Virus record (IMG/VR): IMGVR_UViG_3300044268_002096
Coordinates: 1-39,942 of that record
Reading direction: 5' to 3' (one strand)
DNA: 39,942 nt
From: a virus
Taxonomy: Duplodnaviria; Caudoviricetes
This document shows, piece after piece, positions 8,725 through 19,200 of this stretch. Numbering within the stretch: position 1 is the first letter of the stretch; each line of letters opens with the position of its first letter. The notes beneath the pieces were generated by a model. The model worked only from the letters and a program-made list of their open reading frames with translations. It made no database searches and had not been told where the DNA came from. A program made the translations under genes and the position numbers.

Positions 8725-9763
8725 GATAGGAGCTATCGAAGAAGTATCTGGTTACGGACAAATAAGCCGCGATAAGGATTATAAAGCGGTAGTAGCATTT
8801 AATTTACAAGCTAACGATGAAGCTAAAACCGAACAAGGTAGATTAGGTTTACGTTTTGCTGATGATAGTAAAGTTAAATTAACTGAACATTCTACGTTAA
8901 TTATTGACGAATATATTTACGACCCTAATCCGACTAAAAGTAAATTAGCGTTATCTTTTGCTAAAGGTACGGCTCGTTTTGTAACAGCTAAATTTAGTGC
9001 TATCCCTAAAGAAAATATGACGATTCGTACCGATTCAGCTACGGTAGCGATTCGTGGTACTGATTTTACTATTACGGTAGAACCCGATACAGGCGAAAGT
9101 TTATTTATTTTATTACCTGATGAGTTCGGTAATCCTTCAGGAGAAATATCGGTAACTACAGCTATGGGTGAGGTAATTTTAAATCAAGCATATCAAGCAA
9201 CTACGACTACTACATTAGAAGCTAGTCCTAGCCCGCCTGTAATTTTAGATTTGTCGTTAGAGTTTATTGATAATATGTTAATTGTTACGCCACCTAAAAA
9301 AGCAGTACGTGTAGAGGAGGAGGAAAAACAAGAATTAAAAGACCCTATTTTAGATTTTAACGATTTAGATTTTGATTATTTAGCCGAAGAAAATTTAAAA
9401 GAAGATGAACAATTAGATTTCACTGAATTAGATTACGACGCATTAAACGTAAACTTTTTAGAAGATTTATTAAATATTTTAAATGAATTAGATAGTTTAG
9501 CTGACGATGATCAATTAGATCAATCAGCTACGTCTTCAACTATTCAAGGCACTAATATTGGTCAAGATACAAAAACTCAAATTACTACAGTAGTTTCAGG
9601 AGCACAAATAAGTTTAAATAGAACCGTAGGACAAGGTGCTACTTTAAATATTGATAGCGATAATAGTTATACGGTAATTTTAGAACAAGACGGTATTATG
9701 AACGAAGTTAAAGTAAACGGTGGTAGTGATTCAACAATAAATATTAGACAGGGGTCGGGGTGA
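8609..9763 (+). CDS. FecR-domain periplasmic protein with acidic linker
   Basis: LRFADDSKVKLTEHSTLII, GTARF and TDSATVAIRGTDF are FecR-family motifs. N-terminal hydrophobic stretch. Exact start uncertain. Confidence 0.8.
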   Translation: MLHKLQHSITIGYVSFLMVLMVLSVSSKTIKAQQLAALEIGAIEEVSGYGQISRDKDYKAVVAFNLQANDEAKTEQGRLGLRFADDSKVKLTEHSTLIIDEYIYDPNPTKSKLALSFAKGTARFVTAKFSAIPKENMTIRTDSATVAIRGTDFTITVEPDTGESLFILLPDEFGNPSGEISVTTAMGEVILNQAYQATTTTTLEASPSPPVILDLSLEFIDNMLIVTPPKKAVRVEEEEKQELKDPILDFNDLDFDYLAEENLKEDEQLDFTELDYDALNVNFLEDLLNILNELDSLADDDQLDQSATSSTIQGTNIGQDTKTQITTVVSGAQISLNRTVGQGATLNIDSDNSYTVILEQDGIMNEVKVNGGSDSTINIRQGSG

Positions 9764-11517
9764 AATATTTAAAAATTATTGCAATTATAGCAGTATTAAG
9801 TTTGCCGTTAGTTTTTAGTTTAGCTCCGCAAGAAATATTAAAATTAAAAACTTTTGATACGTTTGTTAAAACTCCTGAACCTTCAGGTAATTTTGTTGTG
9901 TTAAATATTACCGAAGAAGACGTTGATAATGAAGGTGGTTATCCTTTTCCTAGACAAAGATTAGCAGAAATACAAGTAGAATTATTAAACCAAGGAGCGT
10001 TAGGCGTTGGTTGGGTTATTGGTTTTCCTCATAAAGATCGTTTTGGTGGTGATAGTAATTTTAAAACTGCTCTTAGTTATGCTCCTTCGGTATTAGCATT
10101 GTTTGAAAATCCTAATGGTGAATACCCCGATACCGTAGGCACTGTTATTATGGGAGAAGGTAACGGTGGTTATTTAGCTCAAGGTACTATAAGAAATATA
10201 CCCGAACTAAAAGCGAATGAAGGAATAGCTACCGCTCCCGTAGACGTAGATAACTTAGTTAGACGTATACCGCTTCTATATAGGACGCCTAACGGGTGGT
10301 TACCCGCTTTCGGTACCGAAGTACTAAAAGCTCTAACAGGGGCTAATACGTACGTTATTAAGACTAATACGAACGGTATAGAAGAAGTACGGGTAAAAGG
10401 TTTACCTGCCGTTAAAACGGATGGTTTAGGACGTAAGTGGGTAAGTTGGGTAGATACTCCAGAAACTAATTTGCAAGAGTTAGCCGTACAAAATAAATTT
10501 GTTTTTGTAGGCGTTACTGCTAAAGGCGTAATGCCGCAGTTAGCTACCCCAGTTGGATTACTTGAACCACACAAGGTACAAGCAGCACTAGCAGAATCAA
10601 TATTGGTAGAAAATAGTCCATTTATCCCCGACTACAGTTTAGCCGTTGAAGTTTTAATATTAGTTATATCCCTGCTTTTAGTTTGGGTTGTGTTGAGCAA
10701 CTTAGGCGTTACTGCAGGGGTTCTTTGTTTTAGTGCTATTATGTCTAGCACCGCTATCGGAGGATATTATGCCATACAACAAGGACTATTAATAGATACA
10801 ACGTGGACTTTAATTAGTGAATTTATAACAGGAACGATTGCTTTTTATTTACGTTTCCGTGAACAATATAAATTACGTTTAGAAATTAAAAAACAATTCG
10901 AACATTATCTAGACCCTAGACAAGTAAAACAACTACAAAAGAACCCTGAGTTATTAAAATTAGGTGGTGAAAAAAGGTACGCTACTTTTTTATTTACTGA
11001 TGTACGAGGTTTTACCGCTTTATCAGAAGCCGTAACCCCAGAAAAAGTAACTTATATTATGAATAAAGCTCTTACTGCTCAACAAGCCGCAGTACAAAAA
11101 CACGGTGGTATGGTTGATAAATATATTGGTGATGCTATGATGGCTATATTTAATGCTCCTTTAGATATATTACATCATGAACAAATAGCGGTAGATTGTG
11201 CTAAAGATATTTGGCAAAATATGGCTGAACTTAATATAGAACTCCAAGCGGAAGGACTTCCTGCAGTAGCCATAGGCATAGGAGTAAACACAGGAGAAGC
11301 AGTAATCGGTAATATGGGTTCTTCTTCACGATTTGATTATACTGCTATTGGTGATGCGGTAAATACTGCGGCTAGGTTAGAATCAGGTACAAAAGATGCA
11401 GGAGTAGATATTTTAATAGGTGAAAATACGGAAAGTAGGTGTGGTTATCATTTAAAACCATTAAAACCTATAAAAGTAAAAGGCAAAGAAAAACCTTTAA
11501 AAATATATACTGTATGA
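9760..11517 (+). CDS. CHASE2-domain membrane adenylyl cyclase (class III)
   Basis: N-terminal TM, CHASE2 motifs (GGYPFPR, DVDNLVRRIPL), three more TMs, then cyclase motifs FTDVRGFT, DKYIGDAMM, GIGVNTG and DYTAIGDAVNTAARLE. Confidence 0.92.
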   Translation: MKYLKIIAIIAVLSLPLVFSLAPQEILKLKTFDTFVKTPEPSGNFVVLNITEEDVDNEGGYPFPRQRLAEIQVELLNQGALGVGWVIGFPHKDRFGGDSNFKTALSYAPSVLALFENPNGEYPDTVGTVIMGEGNGGYLAQGTIRNIPELKANEGIATAPVDVDNLVRRIPLLYRTPNGWLPAFGTEVLKALTGANTYVIKTNTNGIEEVRVKGLPAVKTDGLGRKWVSWVDTPETNLQELAVQNKFVFVGVTAKGVMPQLATPVGLLEPHKVQAALAESILVENSPFIPDYSLAVEVLILVISLLLVWVVLSNLGVTAGVLCFSAIMSSTAIGGYYAIQQGLLIDTTWTLISEFITGTIAFYLRFREQYKLRLEIKKQFEHYLDPRQVKQLQKNPELLKLGGEKRYATFLFTDVRGFTALSEAVTPEKVTYIMNKALTAQQAAVQKHGGMVDKYIGDAMMAIFNAPLDILHHEQIAVDCAKDIWQNMAELNIELQAEGLPAVAIGIGVNTGEAVIGNMGSSSRFDYTAIGDAVNTAARLESGTKDAGVDILIGENTESRCGYHLKPLKPIKVKGKEKPLKIYTV

Positions 11518-11519
11518 AG

Positions 11520-11525
11520 TATAAT
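11520..11525 (+). promoter_or_regulatory. possible -10 box for the cupin/ejection-protein operon
   Basis: Perfect TATAAT at the start of the only sizeable intergenic gap in the late region. The -35 match is weak (TTTAAA). Confidence 0.35.
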
Positions 11526-11601
11526 CGAACTGTCAGTATTGAACTGCAGCTTACGAGACGGGCTTTAACTCGCTAATACGTTAATAAACGCAGAGGAAAT
11601 A

Positions 11602-12147
11602 ATGAGTTTAAGTTTAATTAAAACTCCAGAACTAACTTACCAAGAAGCGTGTGAGTTTTTTGATTATAAGAAAAACAAGCTAGAGTTTCAAAACAAAATA
11701 AAACAGTTTGAAGAAGCTGTTGCTAAACATTGTATTGAAAACAACAATCAAGAATTAAATTTACAAATAACAGGAGAAACTGAAGGAGCTGTTAGCCATA
11801 ATTTTGCAGACGGTCAATATATACGTAAAATTGTTATGCCTAAAGGTTTATTAGTAACAACTAAAATACACGCCAAAAACCACCCTTATTTCATTTTATC
11901 AGGCGAAGCCTCAATATTTAGTGATAAAGGCGTAGAACGTATAAAAGCACCACATCACGGTATAACAGAAGCAGGAACTAAAAGAGCACTCTATATTCAT
12001 GAACAATGTACTTTTATAACTGTACATAGAACAGATTGTATTAGTGTAGATGACGTAGTAAATGAAGTAGTCGTTGATGATTTTACAGAACTTAAATTAA
12101 AAGGTTTCGATATAAAACAAATAGATAAAATTATGGAGCAGTTTTAA
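11602..12147 (+). CDS. cupin-fold protein
   Basis: HNFADGQYIRKIVMPKG...KIHAKNHPYFILSG...GTKRALYIHE...TVH motif. GAGG RBS. Confidence 0.7.
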   Translation: MSLSLIKTPELTYQEACEFFDYKKNKLEFQNKIKQFEEAVAKHCIENNNQELNLQITGETEGAVSHNFADGQYIRKIVMPKGLLVTTKIHAKNHPYFILSGEASIFSDKGVERIKAPHHGITEAGTKRALYIHEQCTFITVHRTDCISVDDVVNEVVVDDFTELKLKGFDIKQIDKIMEQF

Positions 12148-13238
12148 TGTCCTTTGCAGGAATAGCAACAGCAGTAGCTGTAGGAGTAGCAACAAACGTT
12201 ATTACTAGCAAAATTGCTGGTAAACCTGACGCTCCTGAATCAATTTCCATTGGAGGAGGCACTGCACCTAGTTTAACTCCTGGACCTGATGCAGAAATTA
12301 CTCCTGTAGAAGGTAGTCAAGTACAAGAATTTGGAGAGTTTACTTATGATGATCCTGCTAAACCTGTAGGAGAAGAAGATATTTTAGCTATGTTACAAGG
12401 CGTAGGAGTAAACCCTGCTGATCTAGATCAATTCGGTATCGCAGGAATGTATGTTGGGGGAGCGTTAAATGCTGCTAACGGCGGTGAATTAAATTTAAAA
12501 GAACTTTTAGCTAAAATTGATGAAGAACGTGGTTTGTTAGATTTAGATGCTAAACAATTAGAAGAATTTAAAACAAGTTTATTTGCAAAAGGACCTGAAA
12601 AAACAGGTATTATGGATTTAATTCCTGACATCGATTTTAAACAAACTAAAGACGTAACTTTATACGATAGTACTAGCCCTATGCCTATGCAAATAGATGG
12701 TGATTTAATGAAGGAAACTGGTTTAGCTTCTTTAGACGCTACTTTAAATCCTACACTAACAGAACGTTACGATAGCTTTATGAGTGGTTTTTCACCTCAA
12801 ACACAAGAATTATTTGCAGGTTCTATAAATCAAATAGGTGCCGCATTAGGAAAACGTTTAGCTAGTGAACTTTTAGGGGATGACGAGCCTGCTCGTAGAG
12901 TTAGTATACAAAGAACACAAACACTACCGACAGGTGGTTTAGGTGCAAAACGAGATTATTTAAGAAATATACGACCAATAGACGGTACTGCTTTTGCGGG
13001 TAGTAGAGGTTTTAAAGACGGTGGGGTTTTAGATAGACCTATGTTTACACCTATGTTAGACGGTGGGGATATCGAAGGTCCAGGAGGTCCTAAAGATGAT
13101 TTAATACCTGTTATGGCTAGTGACGGTGAATTTATGTTATCTAACGCCGCGGTTAAACACATGGGTAAAGGCAATCATCAGAAAGGTATCGCTATGTTAG
13201 AAAAATTTAATAAACAAGGTAATAGGAAATATGGCTAG
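12147..13238 (+). CDS. putative internal virion/ejection protein
   Basis: N-terminal hydrophobic Gly/Ala helix. C-terminal GPGGPKDDLIPVMASDGEFM matches a motif typical of tape-measure and ejection proteins. Confidence 0.55.
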   Translation: MSFAGIATAVAVGVATNVITSKIAGKPDAPESISIGGGTAPSLTPGPDAEITPVEGSQVQEFGEFTYDDPAKPVGEEDILAMLQGVGVNPADLDQFGIAGMYVGGALNAANGGELNLKELLAKIDEERGLLDLDAKQLEEFKTSLFAKGPEKTGIMDLIPDIDFKQTKDVTLYDSTSPMPMQIDGDLMKETGLASLDATLNPTLTERYDSFMSGFSPQTQELFAGSINQIGAALGKRLASELLGDDEPARRVSIQRTQTLPTGGLGAKRDYLRNIRPIDGTAFAGSRGFKDGGVLDRPMFTPMLDGGDIEGPGGPKDDLIPVMASDGEFMLSNAAVKHMGKGNHQKGIAMLEKFNKQGNRKYG

Positions 13239-14622
13239 TAGAGAAGAACAAGAATATTCAACCCAAGCCCCTGCGGGTTATATAGGCGATTTTTTACAAC
13301 GGGATATTTTTCCGTATGCTCAGTCATTTTTAAAACAACAATTTGGACAATTAGGCGGAGACGACACTAGCCCGTTTACCTATACGGGTGATCGAGTAGC
13401 AGATTTTGACCCTAGAGAAACGAGAGGTATGCAATTAGCCGATCAAGCGATTGGGAGTTATAAACCATTTTTAGGTACGCAAGCTGATTTATTATCTGAG
13501 GCTGCAGGGACTATGCGTAGTGCTGCTGATATAGGCGGACAAGGTATTACGGCGGGATTAACCGCAGGACGTGGGCTAACAGGAGAAGCGGCAGGATTTA
13601 CTAGAGGAGCAGGTCCTGATTTTTCTGCTGCTCGTGGTGGTTTAGGTAGAGCAGAACTTAGCGGTTACGGGGCGACAGGAATGTTTGACCCTAGTAGACA
13701 AGTTAGTAATTTTTATAACCCTTTTGAAGAACAAGTAGTACAACAAACGTTAGACGATATTAGCGAACGTTTCGGTAAAGCCGATATTGGGTTACGCGAT
13801 CAAGCAATAGGAGCAGGAGCTTTTGGTGGCTCTCGTTCTAGATTAACCCAAGAAGAATTAGCTGAAGATGCCGCTAGAGGTGCTGCTCAACAAGTAGGAG
13901 CAATTCGTAGTCAAGGGTTTGAAGGAGCTAGAAATGCTGCTCAACAAGCGTTTGAAGCTCAACAACGTAGAGGTTTAGGATTAGCGGGTTTACAAGGACA
14001 ATTAGCGGCTAGAGAGGGACAATTTGGCAGTGCTGAAGCTCAAGCGGCGTTAAGACAAGGGCAACAATTAGGAAGACTTGGACAAGCTGAATTTGGTATG
14101 GGTTTACAAGGCGGCACGGGTATTGCTAATTTAGGACAACGTTTAGGTCAAGGATTAGGAGCGTTAGGACAACAATATCAAGGATTAGCTACCACATTAC
14201 CTGCGTTACAGCAACAAGATATAAGTCAACAAATGGCTCTTGGTGGATTAGGTAGAGGTAGAGATCAATCATTATTAGATTTAGCTTACCAAAACTTTGT
14301 TGGTCAATACAATTTACCAATGCAAACGTTACAAAATGTTGGAGCATTAACCGCTTCGTTAGGACCGTTAGCAGGTGGTTACGGTTATGCTGGCGGAGCA
14401 CAACCAGCAGCAGGAGCTTTCGCTCCTAATACAGGCGGTCTCCCTGGAATAGCGAGTCTTCCTGGAAGTGTAGGTGCTCCTTCTGCAGGATTACCCACTA
14501 TAAATCCGCCAATACAACCACCGATAACAACGCCGCCTGTGCCATTAGGACCATTTCCTCAAATAGGTATTTTTGGTTTAGGCGGTTTTGATATAGGTAA
14601 CGCGGGGTACTCCATTTATTAG
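13231..14622 (+). CDS. putative internal virion/DNA ejection (pilot-like) protein
   Basis: Gly/Ala/Gln-rich helical protein with FYNPFEEQVV and AGAFGGSR motifs and a Pro-rich tail. Confidence 0.6.
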   Translation: MASREEQEYSTQAPAGYIGDFLQRDIFPYAQSFLKQQFGQLGGDDTSPFTYTGDRVADFDPRETRGMQLADQAIGSYKPFLGTQADLLSEAAGTMRSAADIGGQGITAGLTAGRGLTGEAAGFTRGAGPDFSAARGGLGRAELSGYGATGMFDPSRQVSNFYNPFEEQVVQQTLDDISERFGKADIGLRDQAIGAGAFGGSRSRLTQEELAEDAARGAAQQVGAIRSQGFEGARNAAQQAFEAQQRRGLGLAGLQGQLAAREGQFGSAEAQAALRQGQQLGRLGQAEFGMGLQGGTGIANLGQRLGQGLGALGQQYQGLATTLPALQQQDISQQMALGGLGRGRDQSLLDLAYQNFVGQYNLPMQTLQNVGALTASLGPLAGGYGYAGGAQPAAGAFAPNTGGLPGIASLPGSVGAPSAGLPTINPPIQPPITTPPVPLGPFPQIGIFGLGGFDIGNAGYSIY

Positions 14623-14624
14623 TT

Positions 14625-16241
14625 ATGGCTAACGGTATAGCAGGTTTACGTCCTTTTCCAACGTTCGGTGGCGATAAAGCAGGTGGTATTACACCTGTTA
14701 CTTTAGCACCTACTACTCCTAGATTTCCTAACGTTAGTGGTAGAACATTTACTACTCCGCCGAGAGACGATATAAATCCGTTAGCGTATCTTGCACCAGT
14801 AGGTTTAAGTTTTTTAGCTGATAAATTATTTTCTGGTAAAACAGAACCACTACCTGTTCCTGATAAAGATGCTAGTGATTTAGTACAAGCAGAATATTTA
14901 GCTGAACAAATTTACGGTCCTAGAAGAGAACAAACCACAGGGCAACGTATTGGGGAATTAGCTACGCAATACTTACCTGCATTACTTACTGACAATGATA
15001 AAGAATTAGCCGCATTTATTAATACCGCTAGTTCTTTTGATAAAGCTAGAAGCGACCGTGCTAAACTCACTGATACTGCTAGACAAACTTTTATAGCACA
15101 ACAATTAAAAGATGAACCTGATCAACGAGTAACTTTAATAGATTTAGATAAACAAAAATTAGGTATACAAGATATTCGTCAAGGTAAATTTGATCCTAAA
15201 AAAGGTTATTTTGTATTAAATGATGATAAAACTGATTACATAAATGTTTTAGATTTACCAAATACAAATTTTGTAGACGTAAAAGTGTTAGGAGAAACTC
15301 CTGATTTTACTAAATTACGTGGTAAAGGTTTAACAAAATTTGACGAATTAGATAAAACAATACAAGAACAAGATACTAATACTTTAAGATTTTTAACGAG
15401 TACTAATAGAACATTAGATTTTTTAGAAGAAGGTATTAAAAGTCCTGATAAAAATCCTGTTACTTTAGTAGCTAATATGGCAAATGCGGCTAATAGCGTA
15501 GCTTCAAATTTTAATCAAATTTATGTAATGTCAGGAGGCGATGCTTTATTTGCTACTCCAGAAGATGTAAAAAATAATACTGCAGGAGGAGACGGTAGAA
15601 CAGGTACAGGACAAAATGCTTTAGCATTAGTTCAAGCATTACAAAGCGGTAATCAAAATGAAATAGACGCAGCAATAAAACAGTTTGATGAATCAGGAGC
15701 AATGGCAGCAACGGGTCAATACGGTACTATAAAAGAAGCATTAGGAGATATAGCGTTTGCTAATGTTAGAACTAGAAGTTTATTATTACAATTAGCTTAT
15801 AGTGCCGCAGCTACTGCAGGACAAACTGGTAGAACATTATCAGATAAAGATTTAGCGTTCTTTTTACAACAAATAGGTTTTGGAGCTACGCAAGATGCTG
15901 AGGTTTTATATAGTAATTTAGTAGATTTTGCAGAAACAACAATAAAACAAAATGATGCAGGATTAGCTTCGACTTTAGCACTTGGTCGTTTACCAAGATT
16001 TAAAACAGGAGATAAATATTCTGACGAAATGTTAAATCTTTTTGAATTTTATTTTAATTTCGAAGACGGTCAAAACACAGAAACATATACGCGTAAAAAC
16101 TTTGCAGACCGTTATGGAAATGAAGAAGTTTATAAAAATTTTATAGAACGACCAAGATATAGAAAAACTGATGGTTCGACAACAACAAAAGATCAACCAG
16201 AAAATATTTTAGATTTTCAACTAAACGTAGAAGATATTTAA
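14625..16241 (+). CDS. putative internal virion protein
   Basis: 538 aa, helical, lies between other ejection-type genes. GRTLSDKD motif. Confidence 0.5.
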   Translation: MANGIAGLRPFPTFGGDKAGGITPVTLAPTTPRFPNVSGRTFTTPPRDDINPLAYLAPVGLSFLADKLFSGKTEPLPVPDKDASDLVQAEYLAEQIYGPRREQTTGQRIGELATQYLPALLTDNDKELAAFINTASSFDKARSDRAKLTDTARQTFIAQQLKDEPDQRVTLIDLDKQKLGIQDIRQGKFDPKKGYFVLNDDKTDYINVLDLPNTNFVDVKVLGETPDFTKLRGKGLTKFDELDKTIQEQDTNTLRFLTSTNRTLDFLEEGIKSPDKNPVTLVANMANAANSVASNFNQIYVMSGGDALFATPEDVKNNTAGGDGRTGTGQNALALVQALQSGNQNEIDAAIKQFDESGAMAATGQYGTIKEALGDIAFANVRTRSLLLQLAYSAAATAGQTGRTLSDKDLAFFLQQIGFGATQDAEVLYSNLVDFAETTIKQNDAGLASTLALGRLPRFKTGDKYSDEMLNLFEFYFNFEDGQNTETYTRKNFADRYGNEEVYKNFIERPRYRKTDGSTTTKDQPENILDFQLNVEDI

Positions 16242-16242
16242 T

Positions 16243-19200
16243 ATGACTTTTGAAGAAAGATTAAATTTAACTGCAACGGAAGTTGGTAATCGAGCGTTAG
16301 TAGTTAACCCTAATTTAACTTTTTCTTCTATTTTTTCTCCCGATGAATTAAAAATTGCAGCTTTAAAAGCTGACCCCGAACTACAAGCATTAGCTAGAAC
16401 CCAACTCGGCGACGAAATAGTCGATAAACAATTAACTGATTTTCAAATTATTAGAGATAGAAAAATACCTAAATATGATTTACCCCCTATTAATTATGAT
16501 ATGGCTGTTCGACACCCTGCTTATACCACAAGATTAAAACAATACGAACAAGCGTTAGAAGAAGGTCCTAGTTTAAGAAATTTAAATCCTTTTACCGTAA
16601 ACCCTAGTTTAAGTCCAGGACAAAATTTAATTAATATGAAACCTAGTGAACCTTTTGGTATTAATAATGCAAGAGAGATAGCTAGTTATGGTATTGATCC
16701 TGCTAAAGAAATAGATTTTGATGGTTTAATAAAATTTAAATCAGGTTTAGCTTTTGGAGGTCCTAGAACCTATACCCCTAAACAATTAAATTATGCTAAA
16801 AATTATATGGGACTTAGCACGTTAGCTATAAAAGAAAACCCTGAATTAAAAGGAGAGTTTGCTAATAAACTTCCTGGAACATTTAGTTACGTAAACCCCA
16901 GTAAACCAGAATTAGGTATACGTTATGACGAAGAGGGTAAAGCTCCTGTTATGTTTGATTCACCTTTAGTTGGCGGTATAGATTTTTTAGAGTTTGGTTT
17001 ACAAGAAGGTCCCGTTTTAGCTGCTGAAATATTTATTGGAATGAAAGGTTTGAATAGGTTTGATGATTTTTTAAAACAATTTCCTAATATTAATACAGGT
17101 CCTATTAAAAAAATAGGAGAAAGCGTTGCAGGTAATTTAATATTAGCAGGAGGAGCAGCAGGCACGCAATTAATACAACGTTTTGTTGGAGCTAGTTATA
17201 ACGCTCACGATATGAACTTTACTGATATGTTAGAGGAAGCAGGTTGGATTGGTTTATTAGCATACGGAGGAAACCAAACTATTGACGTATTTCTAAACGG
17301 TGTGCCTAAAATCTATCGAGCAATAGCAGGTAAAGACGTAGGTGCTGCAGAGATTAAAGAAATTAGAGCAGCGATAGAACGAGTACGAGCTAGTAAAAAA
17401 GGTGAAAAAGCTACGACTGTTGCGGGTAAACCAGAAGAAATTACTTTGTTAGATGTTGATGAAGCTATTGAAGAATTAAGTTTAGAAATCGGCGAAGATT
17501 TACCTAAATATAACCCTACTATAGGTAAAGGTTCAAAAGTACAATTTATAAATGATATAGAACAATTATTAATAAGTAATTCTAGTAATCCAAAATACAC
17601 AAAATTCTATAATGAAGTATTTAACGGTAATGAAAAAACAATACAAAAATTTTTTTCAGGCTTGTTTGATAATTTACAAAATAGCCGTACCGCTAACGAA
17701 ATAGGTAAAGATTTAACACAACGTTTTGAAGCTAATAAATTAGATTTTATTGAACAAGGTAACGATATTGTAAACCGTTTAGCCCAATCTTTAGATAATA
17801 TAAACTTAGCAGGTAGTCCTAAAGGTGTTAATTTATTAAACGAAGTTTTTGATGAACAAGCTAGTAGTAAATTATATAACCGATTTACTACTGAAATTAA
17901 TGCTGCGTCTAGAGAATATAAAGAACAATTAGCTAATAATGTAAACGAAGCTATTAATATACCAGAATTAGGCGGTACGATTTCTGCTAGAGAAATTAGA
18001 AAAGAAATGTCAGCTTTTGAAAATATTAATAAAAGTAAATTGTTTACTGCTGGGGGTAAAAAAACTGAAAATACTTATTATGAACTTTTTTCTGAAGAAG
18101 CTAGAGACCGTTTAACTAGATATAACAATGGCGATATTACTTTACCTGAATTAAATCAATTAAGAATGGATTTAAATAGTTATATGAATACATTAAATCC
18201 ACAAAAAGCGGTAGATCAACGAGTTTTCCAAGCGACTAAAAATTTACAAGACGCTATTGAAGGAGAAATTTATAACTTTATGAAAAGAAAAATAGGAGTA
18301 AGACAAGCAGACGAAATACAAAATATTTTTCAAGCACAAAAAACAGGTACAGAATTAGCTAATCAAGAAATTATTGTAAATTTAAGTAGACAACAACCAG
18401 AATCTGTAGTTAATTATATTTTTTCTACTAATACAAAAAACGCAGACAGTAATAGTAGAGTAAAAAGTTTAGTAGAATTTTTTAAAAAGTCAGGTAATCA
18501 AGGACAATTAGCTAATTTACAAAAACGAACGTTAGATTATATTAGGACAAATTTTTTAGATTTAGCTGACGATACCGCAGGTAATTTAGCGGCAAATTAC
18601 AAAACTTTTTTACAAACTAATAAAGGCACTTTAAGAGAATTGTTCGGTAAAGATATAAGTGAGTTTAGTGCGGCTAATATACAAAAACAAGTTATACAAC
18701 CTATAGAAAAATTAGAACGTGGTTTACGTTTAGCTGAACAAAGGTTTGGTACGGGTGAACCCATAAATATTGTTACTAGAATTTTAGGAGCGGGACCTGA
18801 TCAAAAAGCTAGTGGTGAACTTATTGATGATATTAAATTTATTGAAGATTTAATTGCGGATAATGCTGAATTAAAAACAGAAATAGCTGATGCTACTAAA
18901 TCTTATTTAGCAATACGTTTAACTGATGCCGATGGTTTATTTAATTTAAATAAATTAGATCAATTACTAGAAGGTGGTTTTGGTTCTAAAGATTTAGTTG
19001 GTTTAGATTTATCTTTTGATGGAGTTTACGGGCGATTATTAGGTGACGAAAGTCCTAAATTTATTAAAAATTTAAAAGTTTTACGAGATATGGCAACTAG
19101 AGAGTCAGACCGTATGACTTCAGAAGTATTCAATAGAGCTGAGTTAGCTGCACAATTAGGTGATCCACAAATAAACTTTTTAAAACGAATGATTATTCCA

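Noticed and set aside
6253-11517. Curli/cyclase block as host chromosomal contamination
   Set aside because: It overlaps the flanking phage ORF, is co-oriented, has similar AT-rich codon style and shows the same apparent GGCC/CCGG/GCGC avoidance. Read-level confirmation is still desirable.
11530-11580. SAM-V/SAM-II riboswitch suggested by TTGAACTG
   Set aside because: The rest of the consensus, including the 3' A-rich strand, does not fit, and the downstream gene is not SAM-related.
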